Source: Chiloscyllium plagiosum (lineage: Eukaryota). Taken from it: DNA of 64,000 nucleotides. The DNA lies in the NCBI RefSeq assembly GCF_004010195.1, contig NC_057758.1, forward strand, positions 3,189,881 to 3,253,880, written 5' to 3'. Below, in pieces: positions 49,799 through 63,574 of the stretch. The notes below the pieces were generated by a model. It ran no database searches. It worked only from the letters and a program-made list of their open reading frames with translations, and was not told where the DNA came from. The translations under genes were made by a program, and so were the position numbers. The first letter of the stretch is position 1, and each line of letters begins with the position of its first letter.

Positions 49799-50509
49799 TA
49801 TATACTGCAGGGATTCTATGAAAAACTCAAACTCATAATCTATAAGACTCAATAAGGATCACAGTCAAATTTCTGCTTGTAAAGAACAATAAGAAGTTTC
49901 AGTCTATAGCTAGGGCAAAGCGGTACTGTTCATACGTAGCTTTCTAGGAGATGTCCAGTTTCCTGTTAAAGCATTGCCAAATTCTGTGATAATGTATATT
50001 GGGATAGTTATTATTTGAATACATCAGAATTTTTAATTTGACCTCATGCATGTTTCGGGAAATTTCTCCTCACTCTACTTAAATTTAGTTTGGCTATTTA
50101 CCCTCATCTACGGTTACCTTCAGTGCAGGTAGATTCAAGTGCATCAGGGCAATTTTATTCATTGGGCAGAAATGTTGTTCTCCAGAAACAGCAAACGTTC
50201 AAACATTCAGTTCAGTAATTGTGAATTCAGGGTATAGTTGAAAATGAGAACCGACATAACTGTGCTGGACAGGAACAGTAAGATAACTTCACGTTCAGAC
50301 TTTACATTAGACATCCACATATTCAGTTTAGTTCGGCAAAATTGCGTTGACTAACTCTAACCATGTAGTTCGTCACATTTCACAAAAAAAGAATTATCAG
50401 AGTTGGCAAGTATGGCTACGCAAGCGCAAAGTCTTGCCACAGAACTGGCTACGAAGTTTGGTGAAATGACGAAGATACTTGATGGGTAGAATAGCGAACA
50501 TTGTCATGT

Positions 50510-51910
50510 TGTCATAGAGACTTAGGCTCCTTCAGCACGGGGGCATGCCGACCAAAATACCCATTCATGCTCGTCCCATTTTCCTGCACTTGGGACATAT
50601 CCCTCTAAACCTTTCCAATTAATACTCTCAGTGTGGCCTCGCATTAGTGCTGCACAACTGCAACATAACTTCCCAAATTCTATACTCAACACCCAGGATG
50701 ATGATAGTCAGAGTACCAAAAGACTTTTTTCAATCCCTGCCTAACTGTGACTCCTCTTTCAGAGAACTGAGCACTTGAACTCCAAGGTACCTCCGTTTCA
50801 TTACACTCCTTAAGGCCATACCATTTACTGTGGCACTCCTGCCTTGATTTCACATGCCAAAATACAAGATCTCGCTCTCACCTATATTATACTCCAATTC
50901 TCATTTGTCAATTCACTTGGCCAGCAGATCAAGACACAGCTGCAATTTCTGATAACCTTCCTCATTGTCCACGATACCGCCTATTTTGGTGTCATCTGCA
51001 AACTTATTAATCATGCATTATGCATTCTCATTGAAATTATTGATACGGGTAATAACCAGCAATCAACCCAGCATCGACACCGAAGGCACACTACTAGTCA
51101 CGGATCTCTAGTCATACAAGCATCGTCCCACTATTAGCCTCTGCTTCCTACCATAAAATCAATTGTATAACGGATTTGCCAGCTCGCACTGGATTCCATG
51201 CAATCTAGCCTTCCAGAGAAACCTACCATGTGGAACCTTATCAAAGACCTTACTGGAATCCATATCGCCATGACTACATCAGTTGTCGTGGCCACTTCAT
51301 CAAAGAACTTCAACAAAATTATGAGACATGGTTTCCCACGCGCAATGTCATGCTGACTACTCCAAATCCAATTTGGAATTTCCAAACGTATGTATATTTG
51401 ATCCATCAGAATCTTCTCAAATAACTGATCTATCACAGATGTTAGGCTTACTGGTCGACAAAATATGGAACATATAATATAAAACAATGCAGCAACAGTA
51501 CAGGCCCTTCGGCCCATGATGTTGTGCCAAGCATTTATCTTAGTCTAAGGCCAACCTAACCTACATACCCCTCAATTTACTGTCGCCCATATGCTTGACC
51601 AGCAATCGCTTAACTGTCCCTAATGTCTCTGACTCTGTTAACACGGCTGGCAGTGTATTCCATGCATCTACCACTCTGCATAAAAAAATCTACCTCTGAC
51701 ATCCCCCTCTGTACGTTTGTCCAATCACCTGAAAATTATGACCCCTCGCGACAGTCATTTCTGCCGTGGGAAAAAGACTGTAGTTCTTTACTCTCTTGTA
51801 AATTATCTTGTAAACCTCTATGAAGTCACATCTGTTTCTTCTTTCCAACGTGAAAAGCCCGAGCTCACTCAATCCCATTACATAAGACAAACCCTCCAAG
51901 CCAGGCTTCT
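50510..51910 (-). mobile_element. Two CR1 fragments (RT to 3' end 50510-51450; 3' end 51480-51910)
   Basis: ARGKPCLIILLKFFDEV, SKFADDTK, LGLFTLERR. Confidence 0.8.
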
Positions 51911-51929
51911 TCCTGGATTTATGAAGTAG

Positions 51930-53325
51930 GGGCATTTTGGGAGTTAAGATAACCCTGGTAATTATAGACCAGTGACCCTTACTTCGGTTGTGGGTAAAGT
52001 GTTGGAAAAGGTTAAAAGATAAAGGAGTTAGAATCATTTAGAAAGGAATAAGTTGATTCGAGATAGTCAACACGATTTTGTGAAGGGGAGGTCATGCCTC
52101 ATAAACCCTATTGAGATCGCTGAGAAGGTGTCCAAACAGGTGGATAAAGGTTAAGTGGTTGACATGGTGGATATGAATTTCGGTAGGATGTTTGATAAGG
52201 TTCCAGACGGTCGGCTATTGCACAAAATGGAGTTTGGAATTTATGATGATTTAGCGGTTTGGAGCAGAAATTGACTAACTGAAGGAAGACAGAGAGTATT
52301 GGTTCATGGGACAAGTTCAACCTGGTGTTTAGCTTCTAGTGGTGTACCGCAAGAATCTGTTTTGGGTTCACCGTTGTTTGTAATGACTATAAGTGACCTG
52401 GATGAGGTCGTAGAAGGATGGGTTAGCAAATTTGCAGATGACACTATGGTCGGTAAAGTTGTGCATTGTACTGAAGGATGATGCAGGCTACCGAGGGTTA
52501 TAGATAAGCTGCAGAGCTGGCTGAGACGTGGCAAATGGAGTTTAATGTGGTAAAGTGTGACATTATTCACCTTGGAAAGAATAGTAGGAATACAGAGTAC
52601 TGGGCTAGTTGCAAGATTTTTGGTAGTGTAGATGAGCAGAGAGATATCGCTGTCCATGTGCGCAAATCGCAAACATTTGCCACCCAGGTTGATAGGATTG
52701 TTAAGAAGGCAAACATTGTTTTCTCTTTTATTAGTAGAGGGATTGAGTTTCGGAACCATGAGGTCAGGCTGCAGCTCTACAAAACTCTAGAGCGACTGCA
52801 CTAAGAGTATTACCGACAGTTCTATCACTATATTATAGAAAGGCTGTGGAAGTATTGGAAAGAGTTCAGAGCAGATTTACGAGGAAGTTTGCTGGTATGA
52901 AAGGCAGGTCTTATGAGGAAAGACTGAGGAACGTGAGACTATTTTCGTGAGAGAAAAGAGGTTTGAGAGGTGACTTAATTGTGACATACAAAATAATCAG
53001 AGGGATAGATAGGCTGTACAGTGGACCCTTTTTCCTCGGATGGTGATGGCTAGCATGAGGGAACATAGCTTTAAGTTGAGTGTTTATAGATATAGGACAG
53101 GTGTCAGAAGTAGTTTCTTTACTCAGAGAGTAGTAGAGGCGTGGAACTCATTGACTACAACAGGAGTAGACCGGCTAACTTTCAGGACATTTAACTAGAC
53201 ATTGGATAGACATGTCGATGAAAATCAAATAGTGTAAGCTAGATTGGCTTTGGATTGGTTTCATAAAACGGAGCAACATCGAAGCCAATGGGCCTGTACT
53301 GCGCTGTATTTAATATGTTCTCTGT
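51930..53325 (+). mobile_element. CR1 fragment (RT to 3' tail)
   Basis: GVPQESVLGSPLF, SKFADDT, MEFNVVKC, LQLYKTL; GGCCTGTACTGCGCTGTA tail. Confidence 0.9.
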
Positions 53326-53329
53326 TCTG

Positions 53330-54790
53330 TCTTGATAAATCTCCTATGCACCCTTTCTAAAACATCAACATCATCCCTACAATGGGACGACCAGAATTGG
53401 ACACAATGCACCAAGTGCATTTCAACCAGGGTTTTATAGAGCTGGAGCAAATCCTCGCGACTCTTAAGCTCAGTCCACTCATTATTGAAAGCTAACGCAC
53501 CATATGCCTTCTTCACAACCCTATCAACTTGGTTGGCAGCTTTGAGGGCTCTATGTATGTGGTCGCCAAGATCCCACCTTTTCTCCACAATGCCAGGAAT
53601 CCTGCATTTAACGATGTATTCAGCATTCAACTTCCACATTCCAAAATGAATCATTTCACATTTACTCAGGCTGAACTTCACCTGCCAATTCTCAGTCCAA
53701 CCTGTCAATGCCGGGTTGTAGCCTGCAACAATCGCCAACACTATCTGCAACACTAACGACCTTTATGCCATTGGCAAAATTACTTACCCTCCTTCTTCAT
53801 CCAAGTCATTTATAAAAACTACAAAGAGCACAGCCTGTTAAGTAGATCCAAGCGGGACACCATTGGTCACCGAAATCCAGGCGTATTACTTGCCATTCAT
53901 TACCACATACTGTCTTCTTTCGGCCCGCTAATTCTGTATGTAGCCAGGGAAATTTCCCTGTATTACATGGCTCCCCATCTTTCTGAATTGTTCCCAAGTT
54001 TTCCTTTCCTGACCTTTTTGAATAAGGGCACAAAGTTCGCTGCTCTCCAGGGTTCCAGGACCTCACCCGTAGCTAACAATAAAGCAAATGCATCAAACAA
54101 GGAACCTACAATTTCTTCTCTGGCCTCTTCCAGTGTTCTTGGATATATCAGCTAGGGACGAATAGATTTATTCAACTTTCATTCATTGTAACACGTCCGA
54201 CCCCTTCTCTGCTTTGATGTGCACTGTCTGCAAGATATCAGTACTAACTGTCCAAAGTTTCAAAGTCTTCATGCCTTTCTCCACGGGAAAGACAGATGTG
54301 AAGTATTCAGCGAGGACCTCCCCCTTCTCCTATAGTTCGACAGATACATGACCACTTTGGGCATTCAGAAGTTATATTCCCTCTCGAGTTATCCCTTTTC
54401 CTTCAGTATATTTAAAATATATCTTTAGATTGACCCTAATGGTCTCAGCCAAATGTACCTCTTCCTCCCTTTTCATCCTCCTGATTTCTTTCTTCGGTAT
54501 AAACTCCGGCGTTCCCTACATAACCTCCAGGGATACACCTGGTCCCAGGCATCCTTCTTTGTTCCGTTCAAAACCTCAATATCTCTTGTAATCCAATGTC
54601 CACTATTGCTGCCAACATTTCCCTTCACCCTCGCAGGTAAATATAGACATTGTACTCTGGCTATTTCACTTTTAATTGCTTTACACTTGCTGAAGATCCC
54701 TTTGGTTACGAATATAATATTGGAACCAACTCTTGGAATCTCCTGCCTAATTCCATCAAAATTTGCCTTGCCCCAATTTCGAACTTGTGA
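53330..54790 (-). mobile_element. CR1 ORF2 fragments
   Basis: WQVKFSLSKCEMIHFG, LLQLYKTLV in ORF 53310..53753. Confidence 0.85.
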
Positions 54791-55870
54791 TTGTCTACAT
54801 AGAATTTACTAAAACTTCAAATAAGGCCCTTCGGGGCAGGCTGATCGTGAAAATGAATTCCCATGGGATCCACAGTGAGTTGATCATTTTGATTACTTTG
54901 GATAGAGAAGAGATTTGGAAGGGTGTTCATTTGACTAGGTATTCGTGAACAATTGTGTACTGGAATAACCAGCTCTTCGATGCTGTTGTAAATGATTTAT
55001 AAGAAACTATTAGCTATATGGTTTGTAATTATGCAGACAAAAAGAAGGTTGGTGCAGTTGTCGGGAGTGAAGAAGGTTGCCAACCTATAGAACAGACATA
55101 GATCCCTAGAAAAGTCGGGCATGGAAATGGCAGATGGAGTTCAATTGGAACCATTATGGAGTGATACATTTTTACAGGTTAATTGGAAATAAAAATTATG
55201 CAGTGAAAGACGTGATGCTTAGGAACATTGCTGTGCAGAGATGTGTTGAACTGCAAGTTCATAGCTCCATGAACATCAAAGTACGTAAATAAGATGTTAA
55301 TGAATGTGTGCAATTCACTTGTCTTCATCGGTCAAATATCGTAGTTGTGGTCGCAAGTTGCAGCTGTTTAAACCTTAGTTAGGCTGCATTTGACTACTGT
55401 GCGCATTTGTCGTCACCGATTTCCCAGGATGCTGCCTCGGTTGGACAAGCAAAAGAAGAGATTGGACAAACATTGACTGATTTTCTCTGGAGTTTCGAAG
55501 GCTCGGGGTGATCTGGCAGAAGTATTTTTAAAAATCAAACTAATGGATAGGATGGATAATTGGGGCAGCTTTCCATGAATTGAAATGAAAAATGTTATAC
55601 GGCATATGTTTAAGACGAAAGGGAGAATGTTGAAAGGAAATATGCAAGGCAAGTGTTTTTCATGGATGGTAAGGTGTTTCAAATGCACTGTAAGTGGAGA
55701 TATTAAAAGCATATACAGGAGGAAAGTTTAAGAAGTCTTTAAGAACGCACATGAACAGACAGGCTATGGAGAGATGTGGGTAATGCACAGACAGATAGCA
55801 TTAATTTAACACATGGACAACCATGGTGCCATGAAGGGCCTGTTCCTTCTGCTGGACGGTTCTATATTAT
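54790..55870 (+). mobile_element. Old CR1 fragment (RT to 3' tail)
   Basis: GGAAATGGCAGATGGAGTTCAAT; GAAGGGCCTGTTCC..TTCTAT tail. Confidence 0.75.
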
Positions 55871-56444
55871 ATCGAGCTAGCGCAATTTCTGTTTGACACT
55901 TTTTTTGTGAAAGGCCTAGCTCCCATTCAACACTGTCCATTTCGGTGAGATCAGACTCGGCTTTTCCATACTGCTGTCACAATGGTGTCGACAATCATCC
56001 CCCAAATACATACTTGATTCTTAATGGTCCACTGGGTATCCTGAGTCTGTGACCTCCAGGTCTGAACAACACACTGCGGAACGTCACTAATGCTTCCATG
56101 TGTCCAATCCCCTAAACATTCTATGAGTTTCAGTGAAATAATTGCAACTCTTCTCAACTCCCATTTGTCACAGGGCAAACGTGCTGCACCAATAATGAAC
56201 ATTGTAAACATTTACTGAACTCTTTCTGTGGCAAATCAGTCTTTTCTCCAGAGAAGGTGATGAGACCTGCACACAATACCATTGATAAGTTCTTACCATG
56301 TTGTTGCTATTTTTCTTTAAATCATTGCGCTCAAAACAGATTTGCCTACGCATCAGCTTCTTCCTTGACTGCTTTTCTGCAGCTGTAATGCACACTGTAA
56401 TTAACAATGCTACATTCCCTGTTTTTTTTTGTTTTGTCTCCTTT

Positions 56445-56810
56445 TAGGAGATCTGAACCCTTCCAGAAACCATTCCTGCCCCTGTGATATCCATGTCTCT
56501 GCAATGGTCACTGCATCGTAGTTCCAAGAAATGATCCATGGTCTATTTTCATCACTCTTATTCTTGTCACTATTTGCGTTGGAGCAGACACACTTTAACC
56601 CATCTCATTGCCCTATTAATTACGTATCCTTCCCAACAGACTTTCTACATTCCATTTGTGCTCGTTTACCAACGACCCTGTCCTCTGATATGTAACTAAT
56701 TATCATCCACCTGTCAAATGAGTTTCAACTGTCCTGAGGTGCTACAATAAATCTCCCGCCTAGGATATTAGTGTCCCTCCAGTTAAGAGGAAATGCAATG
56801 CTGTACCTGC
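56445..56810 (-). mobile_element. CR1 ORF1/ORF2 junction fragment
   Basis: Homologous to 29910-30230 (YDAVTIAET). Confidence 0.65.
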
Positions 56811-56945
56811 ATCTTTCCTTTCTTTCGGTACCGGTCATGGATCAGTCCAGATGCTCCACTACTCGACCGTCACCATTTCACCATCCCCACCTCCCCCACT
56901 ACTCCAAAGCATTGTCAGTCCTTGGCCTCAACTGTAAGTTTTTTG

Positions 56946-57232
56946 TGGGCGGCACGGTGGCACAGTGGTTAGCACTGCTGCCTCACAGCGCCAGAGACTG
57001 ACTGTATGGAGTTTGCACGTTCTCCCCGTGTCTGCGTGGGTTTCCCCCGGGTGCTACGGTTTCCTCCCACCATCCAAAGATGTGCAGGGTCAGGTGAATT
57101 GGCCATACTAAATTGCCTGTAGTGTTAGGTAAGGGGTAAATGTAGGGGTATGGGTGGGTTTCGTTTCGGCGGGTCGGTGTGGACTTGTTGGGCCGAAGGG
57201 CCTGTTTCCACACTGTAATCTAATCTAAATCT
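56946..57232 (+). mobile_element. HE1/V-type SINE (B-box region deleted)
   Basis: GGGCGGCACGGTGGCACAGTGGTTAGCAC...(TAATC)n tail. Confidence 0.93.
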
Positions 57233-57234
57233 AT

Positions 57235-60200
57235 TTATTCAAAGCCGGGTTTAATGAGCTGTGCTCCATATGTGATTCAAACTGTCCACCATTACGCCTC
57301 AATAAAATACACTTCATTCATACAATACAGCTGAAGTATAAGAAGAAAAGTAATTAGCATAACGTTAACACTGTTGGAATTGTTAGAAAAACAACGTGCT
57401 ACCTAAAGACCAATCATCACCTGTTGCAATGGTTAAAAATCCTACAAAGACACCTGAGGTAAGGCAATTTAGCAAAACAAGTACGATTCTCATGTTCTGT
57501 CTGTCTGCAAAACAGAAAAAAGAAACAAGCTGCCCCTTTTGGGTTTTAGTAGGAAATCTCGCTACCTAAGACTGCCCTCCAGTAGAACTCTCGCTTTTAG
57601 CTATGAAGTAGCAGAAACTTTCTCACGAAGTGAAAACAAAGCTGAAAACCTTCATTGGTCTGCATGGCTCCTGACCCCCTAAACGCATGCTTCTTTTGTC
57701 CAATTTTAATGAAAACACACCCGATATAACTGCAACCTGTTTATTAACTGCCCGTGTGAAGCAGATATCCTGGCACCAGTGTGGCCACACAACTCTGCCA
57801 GACAAACAGGACACAACATATCACTCTTAAAGGCGCACTATCGTCATATATCCCTTTAAAACATCATATATTAATATACAAAGTTCGCCTCATTTTCAAA
57901 GTCATTATTCCCACACTATTAGTATTCGACATTACGTAAAAGTGTGTGTATGTGTATCGAGTATTAACTCTGCACATGTTAATAATACAATCAATCGTCA
58001 ATAAAAGAAATAGTCAAACAGCCAATTATGCAATTCTTTTCAGTTTGCTTCTTGCACCTCGAACACTTCCATTTTCTTTCATCTAAGTGATGATGAAGTA
58101 TCGCCAATTACATCTCTTGTCCTGCCAGCTTTATAATTTATACACTGAATGGATGTAATAAAATAACTCGTCTAAACGGTCTAGTGTTTATCCTTAAAGT
58201 TATCCAAAGAATTTGGGGGGTTCTCATCAGTATACACAATTATCTCAGTTACATAACTGGCAACATAAATGTTGAAAAGTTGTAACGGTATTATCAAATT
58301 CAAGATCTCTTTCTCAATGATGGAATACTTCTTTTGAATAACATTCAACTTTCTGGAACAAATTCTGTATACAGTCGTCGTCGTCTTGTGAGTGTACAGC
58401 ACAGACACCACACTCAAATCATTCCGATCAATGAGCACCTTTACTGACTTTGCACAATTTTTGTTGCAAACACTGGGCCGGTGGTCAACACAGCTTTTGG
58501 GATTGAAATTTCTTCTATCACTCTTCAGTCCACTGAAATTTTCTGCACTTCTTCAAAACGTCAGTCAGTTGAACAACAATGCTGCTAAAACTGGTATGAA
58601 TGATCAGCAAAAAGCACTCAGGTCCAGGAATGGCAGTAACTCGCTCTGTGTTAACACTATGAGAAACTTGACAGCGAATGTGCAAACTCCATGCAGGCAG
58701 TCGCCCGAGGCTGAGAATCGAACCTGGGACTTTGGTGCTGGGAGGCAACAGTGCTAACTGCTGAACCACCATGCTGCCCTGTGTCACTTCCATCTCTTGT
58801 ACCAATACTAATTTAAATGGACTGAATTTAGTTGCAGCATTAGGTGTATTGCTAAATACTAAAATTACAAATGCAATTCCTTTCGAGCAATCCTTTGGAT
58901 ACTCTTGACTATGGACATTCAACATGTCCTTTGAAGATTGATGTCACGGTGCAAATGTATCCCGTGATTCTGAATGGTACGAAATTGGTTTAAGTCGCTT
59001 TAATTCTGAGTTATCCATAATTTCCTTGAATAACTTTGTTGTAAAATTAGACTGTTGATTGTATTGTATTTGGTGAGTTGTCTGTATCTGTTTAAAAATG
59101 GTACCTCCTCTGCCGTCCTTTGAGCAATTTCAACAATCTCGTGGACATATTCATTATCGTGAACAAATATGTATTCCTACTTCTCAGTTTAGGGAAATCT
59201 CCCACGCAATTCATTAACAATCGTGTAAAAGTTTCCTCAAAAGCTGGAATCGGTGTTCAGGGTGATGGTTGTTCACTGACTGAAATGTTTTCATTATTTC
59301 ACAGAGTTGACGTGTCCAGCAAAATTCAAGCACAGCTATATGCAATCTCTTCCAACGAAAATATGTTTTATATTTTGTCTTGTGCTTTCCATACTCCCAT
59401 ATGACCTCGTGCTGTTTAGTAATATGCTGTCCACGACACCTCCCTTCTGTAACCCACGGGAAGTACAACTTGCAGACATTCTGCTCATTGTTCATCCACC
59501 TGAAAATGTAATGATCTCCGTTGGCTCAAGACTCATTTTACGAAAATAAAATTCTGAGGTACACTCACAGTTTTCTTCTCAATCTGCTTTTGGATCCAAC
59601 AGCTTCATATTTTGCTTCTTCTGTCGTAGTTCAGCTAACTTCCCCGAACTAAGAATGTCCACTTTGACCTTCACTTGTTCTTGTTTTTCTTCTTAACCAC
59701 TTGATCATACAGAGCCACTGATAATTGAAAGTCAATTGTCTTATCTTCACTTTTTGAATTTCCCTCCCATTTTAGCATACGGCTTTGTGACTCTGCTTAC
59801 ACGCAGTCAGGAAGAGTTCCACGATATATCTCCTGTAACATTTCAATTGTCCGATTTTCCATTGGCTTTTCAATCACAATCGGCATCACTACAATCTGTG
59901 ATCTATTTATGTCATTATTTACGTTTAACTGTATGTCTTGAACAGAGAATTGTTTTATTATTCTTACAATTGCATAATCGTTTTTCATCTTAATTTCCAA
60001 ACTTGCTTTATTCAATGGAAGGCTCCTCTATCACCAGAATTCCACATACTACAACCTTTTATGGAACATTCTTTCTGAATTGCATCTCTCTTCATCTCTC
60101 ACTTTCAATGATTGACTTGCTCCCATATCACTCTTTCAAACCCAATCCTCCTGGCACAAATGATTAAAACCTAACCCAGACAGGTAAATTCCTTGAAGAG

Positions 60201-61500
60201 GTCTACGACTTTTTTCTCAAAAGACTTAGCCATCTGACTAAGTTGCGATCATTTTGCTTCATCTATACTTTCCATTACCACCTTCATCAAAAACTTACTT
60301 GCTTATCTTGATTAATCACAGCTACCTTCCCAGTGCTTTTTATTTAACCTACCAAGGCTGCGACTTCAAGTGTTTTACTTTATAAAACATTTGACGTTGT
60401 TTAATTTCTCTTTCTCCCTCTTGGCTTTCTTTCTTAACGTATGGAAAAATATATTTAATATCTTCAATATCATCACATTTCCCTTACCAAATGAAGATTC
60501 CTATTTTCCAAAATTTTTCGCCCTCACTGATTGCAGTTGATGCTAGAAGCCAAAGTTTGATTTATTAACTGACTCATAATCAGCTGCTATGTTTGCTACT
60601 GACATTACAGTTATAACCCTCTCTTCTTCAAGATGAGTTCTGATGACCTTTTGACGCCTTAAAAATAACAGCTTCTCTCCGAGCTTCATATGTTATCTCA
60701 ATAGTCAATACCTTTATAAAAATATCAACGTTACTTTGACTAATCCATTCTAATTTTGTGAACGTTTTATCAGGTTTTTTCTTCCGATTTCCTGGAACGT
60801 GCTCTGTGGGCTTCTGGCACGGGTTCATGTGCAGGACTTAACAACTTAGCTTGAGTGAGCATTGATCACGCAGCCAGTGGTCATGTCATTGTTTATTCTC
60901 TTTATTAACTCGTACATTCTCGTCGAAGCTAAGCAACGTTTGAACAGATCGTCACCAGGCCGTTGGCAACGATGGATTAGATCTTCATCACTGACCTCAT
61001 CACTACTCTGACTTGTTACTTTTACCTGAACTATTTAAGGCGCAATTGCCTTTTCATGTACAACTTCCAAAGTTCTCTCTTTCTCGGTTTTTCCGATTTT
61101 GACCGTAATTCAAATGTTTCCTTTTCCTTTTCAAATGCAAATTTCTTAAATACATTTGTTCTTTGCTGCATGGTAATTATCTCTTTCTTTATCTTCTGCT
61201 TCTCTTCCCTTTTTGTTTGTTATTACCACAAATTGAAATAGATTTTCTTGTAACTTATTCTGTTTTTTTTCCAAACTTGCGAATGCAATCCTGATAATTG
61301 TAAATGCTGAGCTATCTCCACTTATACCATCTGATTACTCACGGGCAAAGGCAAACACAACATCAGCTTGTCCGCCAATTCTGAAAGCATTGCTTTCAGC
61401 CCCTTCTGAAAGCAACTCCAAGTGACTAACTTACAGAATGGAAAATCGACTCCTCTGAAAGGAACATTATTAAACAGTGCACTCGATTTGTAAAGTCTCG
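57235..61500 (-). mobile_element. Second, more decayed Gmr1-type Gypsy element with internal deletion; 3' LTR below ~57848
   Basis: gag remnants 60600-61400, IN C-terminus TPNAATKFSPFKLV, RH KLNVIQKKYSIIEKE..IVYTDENP, PPT-like TTTAAAGGGA. Confidence 0.75.
58670..58780 (-). mobile_element. HE1 SINE 5' fragment at the IN/RT deletion junction
   Basis: GGGCAGCATGGTGGTTCAGCAGTTAGCAC..GGTTCGATTCTC. Confidence 0.8.
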
Positions 61501-61509
61501 TTTCCTCGG

Positions 61510-62052
61510 AAAGAAGGCAAAGGAAGGACCGCAGAAAGTGCGATGTGCATAAAAGGAAACTTATCACGTGGATTCACGGCCTTGTTTCCAGGGAGCCCTA
61601 TCTGTGGGGAAGCACATTGTGCATAGGTAGTATGACACTAACTTACATTGGGAATTCGCAGCCTTGTTTCCAGGGCATAGTATCAGAGGGACGGGCACGG
61701 AACAGGATGAATAAAAAGCCTGACTTAACACAGGGGCTCGTGGCCTTGCTTCCAGGGAGCAGACACAATGTGGAAAGCACATGGAACACCGTGAACATTA
61801 AAGCTAAAATGCCTTCGTGATTATGTTTCCTGGGAGCGAAGTCAGACGGAGGAGCACAGGCGGTAAGCATAAAAAAACTAACATGCATTGGGGATTTACA
61901 GCAATTTGTCTAGGGATTGGAGTCGGAGAGTTGAGGATATAGAGCCATGAGTGTAAAAAGTAGCCTACCTCGAAGATTCACGGTCTTGTTTCCAGTGAGT
62001 GGAGTCTGAGGGATGAGTACAGAGAGCACGATGAGTATAAAATATGTTTACA
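61510..62052. repeat. Degenerate ~82-bp minisatellite, about 6.5 units
   Basis: CTTGTTTCCA-like anchors at 61581, 61663, 61745, 61822, 61904, 61985. Confidence 0.8.
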
Positions 62053-62057
62053 AAAAG

Positions 62058-63560
62058 CATAGAACATAGAATATTACAGCGCAGCCCAGGTCGTCCAGCC
62101 CTTGATGTTGCTTTGCCCTGTGAAACCAATCTGAAGCCTATCTAACTGCGACTATTCCATTCAAATCCAAATGCCTATCCAATGACCATTTAGATTCTTG
62201 TAAAGTTGACGAGTCTACTACTGTTGTGGGCACTGCGTTCCACGCCCCTACTACTCTCGCAGTAAAGAAACTACCTCTGACATCTGTCAATTATCTATCA
62301 TCCCCCAATTTGAAGCTATGCCCCCTCATGCAATCCATCACCATCCTCGGACAAAGGCTCTCACTCTTCACCCGATCTAATACTCTCAACCTTCTTCTCT
62401 CGAATGAAGCAAGTCTCAAGCCCCTCAATCTTTCCTCGTAAGACCTTCCCTCCATACAACTGCAATGTATTGTTCTATGTTCTATGTAAGTATATTTTAC
62501 ACTCATCATGCTCCATGTACTCATCTCTCAGACTCCAATCCCTGGAAACAACACCGTGAATCTCCGAGGTAAGTTACTTTTTAAACTCACTGCTCCATGT
62601 CCTCCAAACTCTGACGCCAAGTAAATCTCCTCTGAAACGTTTCCAAAGCTTCCATATACTTTATATAATGTGCTGGCCAGAACTGCATACAAAGCTCCAA
62701 GTGCAGCTGCAACACATTTTGATATAGATGGTATAATGGTTCCGAAACTTGATCCCTCTACGAATAAAAGTCAATCCATCATCTGCCTTCTGAACAGTTG
62801 TCTCTACCTGGGTTGCAAATTTGCGGGATCAATGTACGTGGACACCGAGATCTTTCTGCTCATCTGCACTACCAAGCAACTTAGCCTTCGCCCAGTACTC
62901 TGCATTCCCGGTCCTCCATCCAAAGCGAATCACCTCACAATGTTCCGCATTAAACTCCATTCGCAACCTCTCAGCCCAGCTCTGCAGCTTATCTATGTCC
63001 CTCTGTAACCTACAACATCCTTCAGCAATATTCACAACTGTACCGACCTTAGTGTCATCCGCAAATTTGCTAACATATCCTTCCATGACCTCACCCAGTA
63101 CTTTCATAAAAATTGCAAACAGCAGTGAACCTAAAACAGATCGTTGCAGTGCACCATTCGTCACTGAACTCCAAAATGAGCATCTCCCATCAACCACCGC
63201 CCTCTGTCTTTTCTCAGCTAGCCAATTTCTTGTCTAAACCGCCAAAACGCCCTCAATCCCATGTGGCCATATGGGGTGCAAAAGCCGGCCACGGGGAACC
63301 ATGTCAAACACCTTACTGCAATTCGTTAACACTACATCTACCGCTTTACCTTCATCCATCTGTTTGGTCACCTTCTCAAGAACTCAGTAATGTTTGTGAG
63401 GCACGACCTATCCTTCACAAATCTGTGTTTATTACCCCTTATCAACGTATTCCTTTCTGTATGATTATAAATCCTATCTCATAACCTTTTCTAAAACTTT
63501 ACCCACAACCGAAATGAGGCAGTTTTGCAGTTGTAACTCTGCTTCCCTTCTTGAACAAGA
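62058..63560 (-). mobile_element. CR1 fragment (RT to 3' tail), interrupted at 62460-62618
   Basis: SVLGSLLF, SKFADDTKVG, LQRDIDKLQSWAE; (ATAGAAC)n tail. Confidence 0.9.
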
Positions 63561-63574
63561 TGCAGGCTTAGACG

